From Epiperipatus broadwayi (lineage: Eukaryota; Animalia; Onychophora): 64,000 nt of DNA. The notes beneath the pieces were generated by a model that saw nothing but the letters and a program-made list of their open reading frames with translations, made no database searches and was not told where the DNA came from. Positions 23,401-38,196 of this stretch are shown here, one piece after another. The stretch covers positions 23,064,001-23,128,000 of the forward strand of contig JAQFVV010000002.1 of assembly GCA_028023455.1 (NCBI GenBank), written 5' to 3'. Within the stretch, counting starts at the first letter, position 1. Each line of letters opens with the position of its first letter. Made by a program: the position numbers and the translations under genes.

Positions 23401-26400
23401 GTTGGGTACCACAGGCTCCACAGATAGGGGACAGTATAACAGCCTCTAGATATGAAGGTTAATGTGAATAACAAATAAACAGTGCCCTACCAATAGCTTC
23501 TGCTGCCTTGTAGGATAGAAAGTTGGTCCATTAAAGACTAGGTATTGTTTCTAATAAAAACAGTTCTTTCTGCCTCCTTTTTCTTCTTCAATCAAATTAT
23601 AATAAAGCCTGGTCATTGTGAGCCACTCATACCATCAGTCATCTTATTATACTAACTGTAATAATGGAATTATGTGTGTGTGAAAACATTTCCATCATTA
23701 AGTACATGCACAGCATTTTAAATTCCAATTCTTTTTTCTTTTTTTTAAAACTCAACTCCTTGAGAATTAAGAAAGCAATGATGACAACAGGCTTAGTAGG
23801 TAGCAGTCCACAGTTGTGATCTTTGCTCGATGCAATATAATCACTAATGTCAATTTGAAACTGGATTTCAGGGAATTGGAGTTTTGGCTGACAAAGATTG
23901 TATGTTTAGGCAACTCTATTTAGGGATCCCCTGCTTGCCATGGATGGAAGAACCTAGAAAATATGGTAAAAAAAAAAAGGCCTATCCCATATAGTTTGGC
24001 TAGATTATTACACCTGGAGAATGTTATTTCAGCAGTAGAAATAACAAAAATAGTATTAATATGAGTAGTAGTTAGTAAAGCAAGAAATAATGGTAATATT
24101 AAAGGTTAAATATTATAAATCTCATTTTTTTTCTAAATATGGATACATAGAATATATGAACTTGACTTAATACAAACTCTTTAGGACCAGAATAGAAGAC
24201 TACACTGGTGGCAAAGGAGCAGTAAAGATTAAAGATTAATATATCTGCTGCTCTTAGAGAAACTTGTTTCCCAGAGGAAGAAGAAAGTTCAATAGAACAG
24301 ATGGATACAAATGTTTTTGGAAAGGCAGATCAGTCATGAATAGTATACATCTTGTTGGAATTGCTGTAAATCTACTTTAGTATCTTCTACTGTTGGACTT
24401 CCTCTTTGTATCAATGAAAGTCTACTGGTGTTACAACTTGCTTTGCACAATGGTACTAGTGGTCATTTTATTAGTGCCTATGCCCCAGTCTTAGATTCAG
24501 AGTATTCAAAGAAGGACAGTTTTTATTACTTGTTGGATAGCATTACTACAGCATTACAATTAAAAAAATCAAATTTTTATTCTTGGAGACATTAATGCAT
24601 GAGTTGACATAAATTATAGACCTTAGCCAAAAGTTATTGGAAATAATGGTATTGGTGTTGTAAATTCAAAGTTTGCTATTATTAAATTTATGCATAACAC
24701 ATGAATAGACTATTACAACCAATTTATTTAGGCAAAAAAAAATGTCATAAAGAAGCATGGATGCATCCACATTCAAAACACAAGAGTTCACATTATGCAA
24801 GCACTAAGTTCACATTATGCAAGCACTTATATGAACAAATCATAATTAGTATGCTCTAAGATTAACATTAATGATATTGCATTAAAAATAACATTATTCC
24901 AATTATATTCACACAAAAAACTGACGTTCATTCTTTAAAAGAATCTATTCCACATACTAAATTTCAACAGCTATTGAATATTAAAATTGCTAATTTGAAT
25001 TTTCAGAATTGTCATATTACTGAAGCATGTGAAATTCTCTAAGGAGTGTGTTTGAAATACAAGTAAATATATTTATGGGTTCATTAAAAAGAAAAATCAC
25101 GACAAGTTTTGTGAAAATAAACTTATTAATAGTGAGTTAATTAAAAAAAAAAAACATGGTATTTTTTATTTGGCAGAATAGATTAAATGTGGAACTTCAT
25201 AAGCAAAAAGTTCACCAACTGTCAAAAAGGTTTAAAAATGATGTGGATTAAAAGTGCAAAAACGAGAGATATTTAATGATCATGATCACTGCAATGAAGC
25301 AATGTATAGATCTCAGAAATGATAACATAATCCTATTAAATCCAACAATGACACTCTCTTATACGATGATGATGTGGTGGAAGAAATATTTTGATCATCA
25401 TCTAAATAATGATACAAGAATTGAGAGAATGACTTTTTAATGACATACCTATTTTATTGACTCATTTAGATTTGGTTAAAGATATTCAGTTTAATTAAAT
25501 CAAAACAGTTCTTTATAATCTTAAAATATGAAAAGACTGCAGGTCCTAATGAAATACCTGGAGATGTTTTAAAATATAGTGGTGATATATTAGCTTCAAA
25601 AGTATTAGAATTTTTTTAGTAATATATGGACTAATGCTAATCTGATATTAAGGATGCTTTTATTGTTCCAATTTTTAAAAACAAAGTGAATAAATAATAT
25701 TGCAATAATTACCATGGAATATCATTATTAGCCACTACACAGAGATATTTACAAGAATATTTTTGAATAGATTGCTTCATAGTTACCAGAGATTCAATAA
25801 GGTTTTAGATAATCAAGAAGAAAACTATAAATACTTTTTTGTTGCCAGGCAAATGAAAAAAAAATGTCGGGAACGAAGGAAAGATTTATCTATGTTGCTT
25901 TTATTGATTTAGTCAAGGCATTTGATTCAATCAATAGGACAGATCTATGATATTATATTTACAATTAGATGATAGTCCATCAAAATTTATTCATATTATA
26001 CAGCTTATATATAAAGAAGTCTTATTAAAGCAGGTTAAAAATCAGGCATTTAAAATGTGTTAAACAAGGACATGTACCTGTTCCAACATTGTTTTCAATT
26101 TTTACAACAGTTGTCTTTAAAAATGTTTAAAAGCAACTTAATCAAACAGGGATCAAGGTATGATATAGGTTTGATGATGAAACTTTGAATACATTAAAAG
26201 TGAAAACAGGAACTTTTTCTTCTTGGATTCTGGATTTACAAAATGCTGATAATTGTAATATTTTTGCCAATTCAAAAGATGATTTGCAGAATGATTTTAA
26301 ATGTTTTGAATGCAATATATAGACCAGTTTATTAATTAATGTTTTAAAAAAACTCAAGTTGTGACAGAAGAAAAATCTTCAGTAACTTTTAGCCTCAATG

Positions 26401-27080
26401 GTTATCAACTTTACAATATAAAATAATTTAAACACTTGGTAGTTTTATAAGTAGCAAAGTGGTGTTAGGTATTGAGATACATCACAGGCTCCAATGGGCT
26501 GACACTACTTTTAACAAGTTAAAAGAGTATTTCATCATAGTGAAATAATTAAGTTAGCTTTGCTATTTGTTCCTAATTCATTGTATGGAAGTGAAACTTG
26601 GACACCTAACAGTCCAATATAAAGGCATCAGACAAATAAGGATGCCCTGTAAAATTTTAAAAACATAATGGCAAGATCATAAAACCAATCAACATGTTCT
26701 TCAGTTCGCTGGATATAATACTATTGAGACCATTATTATAAAATGACTCCTTCATTAGATTGGACATGTAAAATGAATGAACAATGAAAGATTCCTAAAG
26801 GGATATTTTATGGTAAACTTGAGCATGATTTTCATGGGGGTCAAAGATTATCTCAAAGACATTCTAAAGAAGTGCAATATCAATTGTTTTCATTGGTAAG
26901 ATATGACAGAAGATAGAATACATTAGAGAGCTACAAATAAACATATTCAGAAAGATTTTCTGCTGAAAAAAGTTAAACATCAAACTATCTAAGAAAAATA
27001 AATCAGCATGTTCTATATGTGGACATATTTGTGATTCAAATTGGTTTGTATATTCATCACAAAACTCATTTCAAGTGTAA
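23400..27080 (+). mobile_element. Near-full-length degraded RTE/BovB-like LINE
   Basis: Motif remnants in order: SAYAP, LGDIN, WMHPHSK (APE); AGPNEIP, NYHGISLL, FIDLVKAFDSINR, KQG.V..PTLFSIF (RT); YGKL, GGQ and a C-terminal C..CG..C.S...H..H. Confidence 0.8.
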
Positions 27081-27594
27081 TCCCCCCCCCCTTTTGTTAG
27101 GATTGAAATGACCATACTCATTTATGAGTAGCTGTTTATTATTATATAAAGTATTTTAAAATATATATTATATATACACATTAATTTGCCTAAAATTAAA
27201 TAAAAACTAAGAACATTTAATGTATGAGAAACAAACAACCAGTTATGTATATTTCATATAGATTAGAATTTATTACATAATCATTATTAAATCATACAAT
27301 ACTTTTAACATATTAGTTCAATTTAGATTAATTTTATCTTCTATAATTTTATTTTAAATTTAAAAATAATTACAAAAAATTCTATATTAAGAATCCCTCA
27401 CAATAAAATATCTTTTCAAATGTTTTTTTAAAAAAAAAAAAAAAATCTATTTTAAACTTTCTTTATTTCCTTATACATTTTTTAAAATTATTATTATTAA
27501 GTTTATTTTAATAAAAATTCAATAATAGTTTTTTAGAGTTTTTGTTTACTTTATAATTACTATCACCTAACATATATATATTTACTTTATTATT

Positions 27595-28720
27595 GTCTTA
27601 TCATCAACAACCATTATCAATCAATTGTAACATGACTGTCTTTCCAAGTGTGATCCACTTTCTTTAATCATAGGTTCTTCATAACACATCTCTTTATTTC
27701 ATCAAATCATCTCAAATGTGGTCTTTTTCTAGATCTTTTACAATGTCTTGGGTTTTCAATCTTAATTACTTCAATAACATCAGTGATATCTGTTGGTTCT
27801 CTCACCTATGTTATAAGCTTTTAATCCTTTCTTGTTGCTCCCAGCATACCTATTTCCATACAATATTGAGTGATTTGAAATCTTGGTATTGTTATTCCAT
27901 TAATTATACAAGACTTAGATCCATAAATAAAAACTTGTAAAATATCTATTAAACCAAACCATTTGCAAATACATAGGCATATTTTCTTTTAACATTATAC
28001 TATTTCTAGCAAAATCACTTCAAGGTTAATTGTATGATTAATTTCATCCATTATGTTTCATTGTATATTTACTATCTGACCAAACTATTTGTAGTTGTTA
28101 AATTCTTCTAAACCATTATTATTTATCTTCATTTTTTTTCAGAAAAAATTCAGTGAACATTAGTTTAGTCTTTTTAGTATTTGTCTTTAGATCTATTTTC
28201 TTCTATCTGATAACATATTTCCTGGTAGTTCTGAATTCAACATTATTTGCAAAGCAATCACATCATCTCCAAAATCTATATAATTTAAATAGTCTCCACA
28301 TACTTTTTTTTTTTTTTTTTGGCTTACTTTAATCCACAAAATCTTTCTTGTAACATTGCTGTAAAAATGTTTGGAGATATGGAATCACCCTATTGTACAT
28401 CTGTATCAATGTTAATCTTCTTAGTGTTAGCATGTAATCTAATTATTGCTATTGCATTTTGATAAGTATTCTTCAAAATACGATATCCTGGGTATACATC
28501 TTGATGGTCCAAAACTTTAAATCAATGTGGAAATGTTTATAGAATCAAATGAATTTTAACATTCTTCAAAATATAATGGCAACTCATACCCATAACTTAA
28601 CACTTAGTAAAACTGCTTTTAAATCCAGTTATTCTTTAGGTTAATTAGAATCAAGGATAAGTTGTAATTATCTTTGCATTCTTCCTAACATCTGATAGCA
28701 TTTTTTATCATAATGTAAAT
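27595..28720 (-). mobile_element. RTE-clade LINE relic (same family as 20945-22545)
   Basis: Reverse complement contains gtacaatagggtgattccatatctccaaacatttttacagc and the RTE 3' end at ~27600. Confidence 0.85.
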
Positions 28721-31700
28721 ATCTAGTATATAGTTTTGTGAACGGTTTTTATATTTCTTCACTTGCTTCTTTTCCTGGAGCTTTTCATATTTTCATTCAC
28801 TTAAAATGCCTGATAGTTCAGAAGTAATAATTATAGTAGTTTCTTTGTTTTCTTGTTCTTTACTACTAAATATTATCTTTATAGAACTTTTCTCCACATT
28901 TAGTGATATTGTCCCTTTTTTTTTTTTTTACTAATAATTCATTTTTTTTTTTATTCCTGAAATAATTTTTCTTCCAAAATCAAGATGTTATTTTATACTT
29001 TTGAAACTTGTATTCTATAACTTTTCTCATATCATTATTATTTTCTTAATGGATAATTTTTCTTGTAGTTATATATATACACACAGTTTAAAACATATTT
29101 TTAATTAACAATAAATAATTTTGTTTCAGAATCATTATTCAGATTTGGGTATATTTTCTTTATGTATACAATCTCTTTTTTTTTTTATTATGTAGAAAGG
29201 AATACAGGGAAAACAAAGAGAATAAAATAAAAACAAATTAAACATTACAAATAGTTAATAAAAAAAAAAAAAAAACCTGATAAATATAGTGAATAATAAA
29301 TATTTATATACGAGTTAAAAAAACAATAAAAATGATTTAAATAGTATTTACTGAATTAAAATTTAAAAAATGTAAATAAAGAAATATAATAAATACCTAC
29401 ATAAGAAAAACAAAAAATTCAATTATAACAAAAGCAATAAATAAAAAAAATCTAAAATATATATCACAAAGACAAGACATATATTTAATAAACAAAATTA
29501 CTTATGATAAATTAATAATATATATTTATAAGTACAGTATATAAAAAGAGTAGGTGTATATGTAATAAATAAAAGCAATTAAATTTAAATATACTGCATG
29601 CTAAATTTATAATTTTGAAGTCAAAAATTATAAAATAGACATAAACAATAAAAATTATTACTGAATTTTTATTAAAATAAAAATCAGAAATTTTTTTTAA
29701 AAAAAAAGATCTATGAAGGAAGCATAAACAACGTTTAAAACAATCTCAATGAAAAAAACAACTAATGAAATGTATACTTTTATAATAAGTTATAATACAC
29801 ATGGTTATATAAATATATGTAATGTGTTGAAATAAATGTCTTCAAGGGCACATGATTACTATTTTACACAGTTTGAGGCCAAGTATTACCTTGTATTTTA
29901 AGTTTTATTTTTTTATTAAACATGATTGTTCCCAAAAATATGACTTATAAAATAAATAATGTATATATTGTAATCCTCTCAATCTATCTTTGAAACAGAC
30001 TGTAAGTAAGAGGTTAACTGTGCTAAAATGAAAGTCAGAGCGAGAGAAACTGACAACGCATTTCCAGTTGCATTTGTATGTGCTGAAAATGCATTTGCAT
30101 ATGGTTGAGCCTTTATAAGACTCTAACCCACACAACTTACTCACTCCAAATCAATGTAAAATATATAATTTCTCAGAGATTTAAATGCTAACTACTAAAC
30201 TTTTAAAATATAATGTATAATTTATATAATATTTCAACAATCACTGGTTCATTACTAACTGATTTCATATATAATTTTGTTTTATCTATTCATTAACTAC
30301 ATATTCTCAGGGTTTCTATTAATAAATATTCATTAAGATTTATAGTAAAAATTATCTCGGGGCTTTTTTCTAATAAACATTTACTACTACCAAGATGAAT
30401 ATTCTTATCAGGGATTTTTAAGTATGCATTCTACTTTTAACTTATTGGATTCAAATAGCAAATATAACAAAAACATTTAATTAACTTTGAATGAATCAGC
30501 AGTGTGATGTCTTGATCGAAATTTAAATGGAATCAAAATAATGATCAAAAAATAATACCATATAATTTAATAAAAATAACAAAATTGTTTATTTCATGTA
30601 AATAACAAAACAATATAATATTAATAAAATACAAATCACTATATGACAACAAATATTAAAGATAAATGCTTTCGACTCTTTTGAAGGTGTATTGATTACA
30701 TCTACATTTAATGTGTAAACTCGTGGTATGTGTGGCAATACAATATACATGTTATATAAGATGGATTGCAAATGACTAAATCATAATAAGGTTGTAATTA
30801 ATAGCACAATAGATAAGTAATGCATATTAAACTGAAACTTAATAAATATAAAAAATCTATCTGTTTACCAATAGGCAATTTGATATCTTCATTATTTAGA
30901 AATCATACAATTTTTTTTATTCTTTTTAGTGTCTCACAAATGAAGATGGGAAAAAAATAAGTATTAGTTTTATCAATTCACTAATTGATCTTATTTAGGA
31001 AATGCAATCATTTTAAGATTTTGCAGTCCATGATTTGAATTCTAATAATATAAATCATAAATCAATCTTGTAAAATCAAACATGTTAAATTAAAAAATAC
31101 ACAAAAAATATTTTAATTGGTTCATTTAAGAACCAAGTACAGTATAAGGATATTATAAAAAAAAATCAGATAGTTGTCATAGAACATTAGACTGTTATAT
31201 TACAAAAATGACAAAATGATAAAAATGTTAACATGAAATGTTTAATGTCAATAATTTGATAAAGTTTATATCTATGCATTAAGATTGCTTACTAAATATT
31301 TGATTAATCTTACATAATAATATAACTAAATTTTATAATGACAATCATTTGATCATTTATCCATCCAATCTTCACATTTGTTGAATGCAATAACTCATAT
31401 ACAATTTTGTTAGTAATTGTTAAATTTATATTAAAAATAGTAACTTATTTTTTTGTTAATCAGTTGTATTATTTAATTTCAAAATTTTTCAAATCTGCAT
31501 TATATTAGGAGAAAAATGACTAAAAAAGTAACAAAAATGATTTTCTTTAGATATATATATAAAGGGTGCTAAGACTTACAAGATAAAATATGCAAAAAAT
31601 AATAATAATAACAGAAGTAGTAAAATTATAAGCTCAAATTCCTGCATAATATCAAGCATTTTAAATTGCAAAATCGAATTAAAAAAAAAAAAAAAATTAA

Positions 31701-32765
31701 AAAAATGTTAAAAAAAATAATGTCAATTTTTTTTTTATTCAACCATAATTTTTAATTGTTATGTGTAATTTAAAATAAAAACATGGGAGCATTTATAAAT
31801 TGATTAATTCAATCACTAATTTTAAAAATAGTGAATGAATTATCATTGATGCCTCATGATTTTATTTCAAGTTATAAATAATAATCAAAATTGAGGTTGA
31901 AAAATATATATATTTTTTCTTTTTAGTGCAATATCCATCAAATTAAATAAAAGTGTTTTTTATAAAATATTTTTTTTATATTTGTAACTATTTACATTCA
32001 AATTTAAAAACTAAGAATTGAAATAAAACATGTCCACCTTACATATCATTTACAAGATGAAAATTTTTTTAATTAAACAATCAATAGAAATTAAGATTTC
32101 ATCTTATAATTTCTTTTTATTTCTATGTTAATTAACTGTAAATACATTTTAATGAATTAGTCATGAAATTCAAGGAAAGCATATTTTTTAAAAATATACC
32201 ACCATCTATAATGCAACACTAAAAACTTACTGTACTAATATTAATGATTTCAAATTCAACCCACCAACACTTTTAAGCTGGACAACCCTGAAATATTGCA
32301 TTGTGATCGACACCTAATGTAGGTACATAATTTGAGAGGGAAAAAGGCTAATAGAAGTATGTTAAGCCCAAACAAAAAAATAAATAAACAAAATTTCTAA
32401 GTTAAATAAAAGCATTTAAAAATATGACATTTGACTAATAAAAATATAGTTATTAAACTAAAAGGTATTTGGGAATCATTTGATTAAACAAGGATTATTA
32501 ACTTTTTTTTTTACCATTATCATTTATAACATTTTTAGAATATTGTTTACATAGATTCTAATTAAAAAGAATAAATCTACTTTGTTAAAATAATATTGTT
32601 ATTTACATTATTTTTAATTAGATCATTAAAATGAAGGCCATTAATTTGTCAAAATTTGTGTAATTTTGAAGATCATATAGTAACAATACTCCCAAGTTAA
32701 TGTAAAATTTTATTAACAGACTAATTTTTAAAAAACTATTTGGTGTCTAATAGTATATAATAATA

Positions 32766-33861
32766 CACCTGGGTCTCTTTTTACGCGGACTTATTTAACA
32801 CGATTTTGAAGTTACGCGATTCATGTTTCACCGGAAGTCGTACTCCGATAATGTGCTATTACTTTAAATAATAAATTTTGCGCACTTACGTTATATTGAA
32901 AGTAATAGCACATTATTGGAATTCGACTTTCATCTTAGTAATTTCAATATTTTCAGTGTTTTATAATAGTAAGATTTTATGCAATAATGAAATTAAAATC
33001 ATGATTTCCACATTTTATATATACACACATTAAATTTTACAAGATTATAATGTAAATTTGTTCAAACATTGTGCGTGTTAATTTTGCATTTTAAATCACA
33101 TTCTGTTTTTGCTTTTTAAAAAAGAATATAATCAATTATTAATCATTTAGTGTCCGCAAGTTTATTTTTAAAAGGTGAGTAATAGCAGTGGGCACAATTA
33201 AATTTGACAATTAAAAATTAAACTCTGATTTTTAATTGTAATTAACAATTTAAAAATTACTTACGGCGACTTGAAATTAATGTGATGTAAAACGAAATTT
33301 GATTTTTAAACGGAATTGAAAATTAAAAAATTAAAGACAAAAATAAGAATTTCATTTTTAGTTGTTAGTTTTAAATAAATTTTTCCCAGCAGTGGTGAAT
33401 AAATGTCTTTTTATTATCATAAGTCTAAGTTCATAAACAATTAATAAAATCATCGTCTCAAAGATTAATTACTAATTACGTTGTCAACAGAAAACCATTA
33501 ACACAACATAATAGCGACAATAATTAAAACGTATATAAAAAAATGTAAATTACTGTACTGTAAATTATGCATAAAAATATATTATTTTGAATAAAATTAA
33601 ATATTATAGTTAAAAAAAGTTTGTCTTGTATCAATTTTTTTCAAATTTGAAAATTTTTATTAGTCATATTTTATTTCTTTATTTTTTTTTTTTTTTGCGT
33701 GAATTTTAAAATAATTTTACATTGGTGCTTTGCTTTTACGCGAATTTAAATCACAGACCGCATCCCCCCTTTTTCAATGTAAGTTATGTCTATTTTTGTG
33801 CGATTTCGTTTGCGTGTGTTTTCTGAGGAACCTATCTATCGCGTAAAACGAGACCCAGGTG
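32766..33861. mobile_element. Non-autonomous Tc1/mariner (pogo/Tigger-like) MITE
   Basis: 22-bp TIRs cacctgggtctc(t/g)ttttacgcg with one mismatch; TA flanks both ends; no ORF. Confidence 0.85.
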
Positions 33862-33959
33862 TAATTATAAAAAAGGGAGGGAAAACATTACATGACAATA
33901 AAAATATACAAAGATAGAAATAAAAGATTTAAAAACCCATCTAAGTTACATATTATTGG

Positions 33960-36900
33960 ACTATCTATTAATATATATTAAGCCGTAAAAAAAGTTTTTT
34001 AATTTTTGTAAATTACATACAGACAGTACATGTATATTTCTTACTTTCGACCACTCTAGAAAAATTTACATACTGCATTGTTGAATGATAAATAATTAAG
34101 ATAATATATGCAAGTGAGTGCATATTATGCAGGTAGGACTGACATATAAATTAATCTGAAAGTCTACAAGTGTTGTGGGTTGATATATTAAATATATAAA
34201 TATATGTAGTCATCAGCAGAGTGTTGGCTGAATAATAAATGTTCATTCTGTAATTGCTACATATATAAGATGTACAACATCTGTGGGTAAGAGACTGCAG
34301 TTAATGATAACACACAGATATACAAATTATATTTAATTATATGAATAAGTATATTCATACGTTTACAATTATAATAAAACGAAGTAATTTCGAATTATTT
34401 CTTCTTATTTTATTTATATACATTTATTTGCAAGTCAATAAATTGTGCTATTTTAATTTGTGTATTATTCATTTATTAAAAATTACTGATACAACCACCA
34501 GGATGCACAGCAGAATGGTGTTTTGTTTAGAAGAACAAGTACAAACAATAGCAGATGCAATTGTAGCAGAACAACTCATGTAAACTAACAGAACATAGTC
34601 AATAAAAACGACATTGTTAAATAGTAGTTTCTGCAAATTTGATGTAAACAATGCTTCGGCTTGGAAGATACATGTGGAACATGTCAAGCGGTATATGCTC
34701 ATTAATAAAATATGACAAAGTAGCTATACTTTTGTTGATTTCTGGAAAAGATGTTTTACAAGTGGCCTATGTAATCCACAAAATCTGTAAAGACATTACA
34801 TACGAGAAATTAAAAGACAGCCTGCATGCTTATTTTTAGTCAGTAACATCTAAGTGAATGGCATGCCTAAGATTTAGAATGAGAAAACAGTCACCTTGTG
34901 AGCAATATCACAACTGTTATTTAATGTCACAATTGTTATTTAGCATTAAGGACATTCACAAAAATATGTATCACAATTTTTATTTAGCATTAAGGACATT
35001 CACAAAAGTATGTCATTTTACCTTGGAGCTATATGACATGTTAATGGATCAACTATTATAAGGAATGATGGATATAATGAATTCAGGAAAGTTTTATTAA
35101 ATGGGCCAAACCTTATTTATAAAACCATAATGGAAAAATGTGTTGTACACGAAGTAATGTTATAATGCATTAGAATTTCAAGCCACAACACATATGTGCA
35201 TAAGACTCCTATAGCTGTTAATAAAACAGAAGCTGATAGTTCATATCATAGGAATTCAAATCATGATTTAATCTGCTACTGCTATGAGGAAAAGGCCACA
35301 TGAAGAAATATTGCAAATTTAAAAGAAAAATGTAAGTAAATTAAAATGGCCCACTTCAGTCAAAATAAAGGCAAGAGTTTAAAAACAGAGTTAAATTCAA
35401 ACTTTAAATTGGGGGAGAAAGAGTAATAAGCAAAAATGATGTTAAGAAGTTTAATGATTCAGAAATAGTCGTATTTTGTTGGATGTTATCTGCAAATATA
35501 AAACTATCATGAAAATGAATAGTGGTGCTGGTTTACTTTTGTTAACGGTAACAATAAAAGCAAATTAAAGCTTGAAAATATGCAAGTATTGGCTATAGAC
35601 ATAAATGGAAATAAAATTGATATATGGGTAAAAGTAATCATACCTGTTAAAATCAATGCCAAGATTAAATTTCTACCATTGTATATAGTCAAGAAAAAAC
35701 ATAAGTCCCTTATATGGTAGAAACTGGTTCAGACCACTTAAAATTCAAATAGAGAAAAAAAATAAAGATGATTTACAATAGTATTACAAATTGCGGGGAG
35801 GAGTCTGGGTTAGTAAATGTGATAGTAACACTAGGAAGTGGAATTTCAAAACGCTGAATACTTCAAAGGTTACCAATTGCATAAAAATGACTCTAGATAT
35901 AAAACTCTGCAAAGGTGGATAAAATATGGTTGGCCAGAAAGTCAACCAAACTATGTTGCAAGGCCTATCTGGAATGCGTGTGAAAATTTGTTTACTTGCA
36001 ATGGTTGTATTTTTACAACTGACCATGTATCCATATTATCTGAAGGTTGAGGTGTTATATGCATAAAAGCCTTAGCTAGATCATGTTTGGTGACCTAATT
36101 TGAACCAGAAAATAGAACTGATGCAGAAGAACTGTTTAGAATATCAATCCACTGCTAACTTGCCTCCAAAGAGATTGGAATCTCAGTCAAAGTCAAAGAC
36201 TTCGTGAGAGAAATTACACATCGATTAAATAGGTTCAATCAATGGCTAAATCTTTCTAATTGTGATTAATTCATACTCCAAATGGATGGAGTATAACCTC
36301 ATCAAAAAACATAAGTGTGGAGTGTATAATTAGTGCCTTAAATAAATCTCTGCAAACCATAGATATCTGGAAATTATTGTAACTAATAATGGAACCAGTT
36401 TTGCATCACCACCATAACACCTGAATCAAATAATTTGGCTGAGAAAGTAAGGCAACATCTTAAATCGATGCTAAATAAAACATCAAACAAAAATATAAAG
36501 TGTTTTCCTGAAGGTTTGTGATGATGGTATTTTAGTTGTATTTATAAATTGAACTATTTCCATCATCTAATATAAGTACTGAATGTCTTTAGAAAAAATT
36601 AATTTTGTTTAAATAGTCCAAATACATTCAACTGTAACAGTTGAATGTATGTGGAATATTTAAATAAAGTTAAATTTTTCTAAAGACATTCAGTACTTAT
36701 ATTAGATGATCGAAATAGTCCAATATATAAATACAAGCAAAAAAAATATAAAGTGTTGGTAGACGCAATGTTTTATCAACATTCCACACAGAGTGCATCA
36801 ACAATAAATACGGAGCATAATTATTAATGCACCAAAAATTTTGCACCCACCTGTCAATGATAATCTTATTACCAGCTAATAAAGTAATTCGTGAAAATAA

Positions 36901-37890
36901 TTGGGACTGCAAGGAATTTAAAGTTGTTGAATAATGTGGGTAACTGGTATGATAGTAGGATTATTAGCCAAACAAATTATGAGTAATTAAATTAAAAAAT
37001 GGAAAACAATTGAAGACATATCTACCATCTATGACCTCATCAAAGTGAGACATCAGATGCTGATAGTGGCCATTTTTCATTAGCTAATAAAAAAGAGAAT
37101 TCTGATAAGTGATTTGATTCATCTTCAGCACAAATTAAAGAAACACCAGATCTCACCGAAACAAATATTAAATCAAATGATCAAATAATAGAACCAACAG
37201 AGAATTTATTATTGTCTAAACAGTCTGATCAATGAAAAACAACTGATCATGATGAACAAGAATCATCATCACATTCCAAACCTGTAAAAGATCGACGGAG
37301 ACCCCATAAATTATAGCTATTTTTGTAATTTATAGATTATTTTTCAAGTGAGTGAAGGATGAACTGTCTGGTCATATATATATTAAACTGTAAATAAAGT
37401 TTATTAAATTTTTGTAAATAATATACAAACAGTTACATGTATAGTCCTCGCTTATTTCTGATTACTCTAGAAAAATTTACATGCAGCATGAATATTGTTG
37501 AATGATAAAGATAATATATGGAAATGAATGCATATCATGCAGGAGGAATTCATGTATAAAATAACCTGCAAGAGTCTATGAGTGTATGAGCTGATATATT
37601 AAATATATATGTAGTCATCAGCAGTTTTTATGGAATCGTTACATATACAATATCTGTGCATGTAAGAAACTGCAGTAATGCTAACACAGATATACAGACT
37701 ATATTTAATTATTGTGGGTATGAAGAAGTATATTCATACATATAATAGATTTTAGAGATTACAAAATTATTTTTAATTATTTTTTATTCTTTTATTTACA
37801 GACATTTATGAGTAAGTCAATAAGCTTACGTTTTAAATTTTAATTTGTGTATTATTTATTTATTATTAAAAGTTATTGCTGCAACCTGGC
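33960..37890 (+). mobile_element. Old Ty3/Gypsy (Mag/K02A2.6-like) LTR retrotransposon relic, RT/RNase H apparently deleted
   Basis: Diverged direct repeats ~33960-34495 and ~37360-37885. Gag (DKVAILLLISG...YEKLKDSLHAYF, FRMRKQ, knuckle ..KGHMKKYC), integrase (RWIKYGWP, KALARS, EIIVTNNGTSF) and a purine tract at ~37347. Exact LTR ends are uncertain. Confidence 0.8.
36505..36741. mobile_element. Fold-back insertion (same family as 40142-40761) inside the Gypsy integrase
   Basis: Palindrome centred at cattcaactgtaacagttgaatg; 16-bp TSD aaaaatataaagtgtt (36489-36504 and 36742-36757). Confidence 0.85.
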
Positions 37891-38196
37891 AGATACTGAA
37901 TAAATACCTTCAGAATATGCAGTACCAATGTGTACAAGTTACATGAATCAAATATCTAAGCTGTGATAGCACAAGCATAAGTACCACTTAAATCGTAACT
38001 AGATGATTCTTAATTAATTTTAAATATAAGTGAATATTTAGATTTTAAGAATTTATACATTCATTCTTTAAAAAAACAAAACATTACCACATTCGTTTTT
38101 ATTAGCATATTTGACATTAATAGTGATGACTTGGCTGAATTTTATTGTTTAAATGTCATTGTTTCAAGTTTAAAAAAAGAAAAAATTTATATATAT

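Noticed and set aside
24786-24830. Short perfect tandem duplications (also ~34928-35012, 41566-41598, 45399-45440)
   Set aside because: Ordinary slippage or repair duplications with no further structure.
32231-32287. Possible 57-bp minus-strand exon (tttcag...GTAAGT)
   Set aside because: The only open frame is phase 2-2, incompatible with the phase-1 calcineurin intron, and has no recognisable homology.
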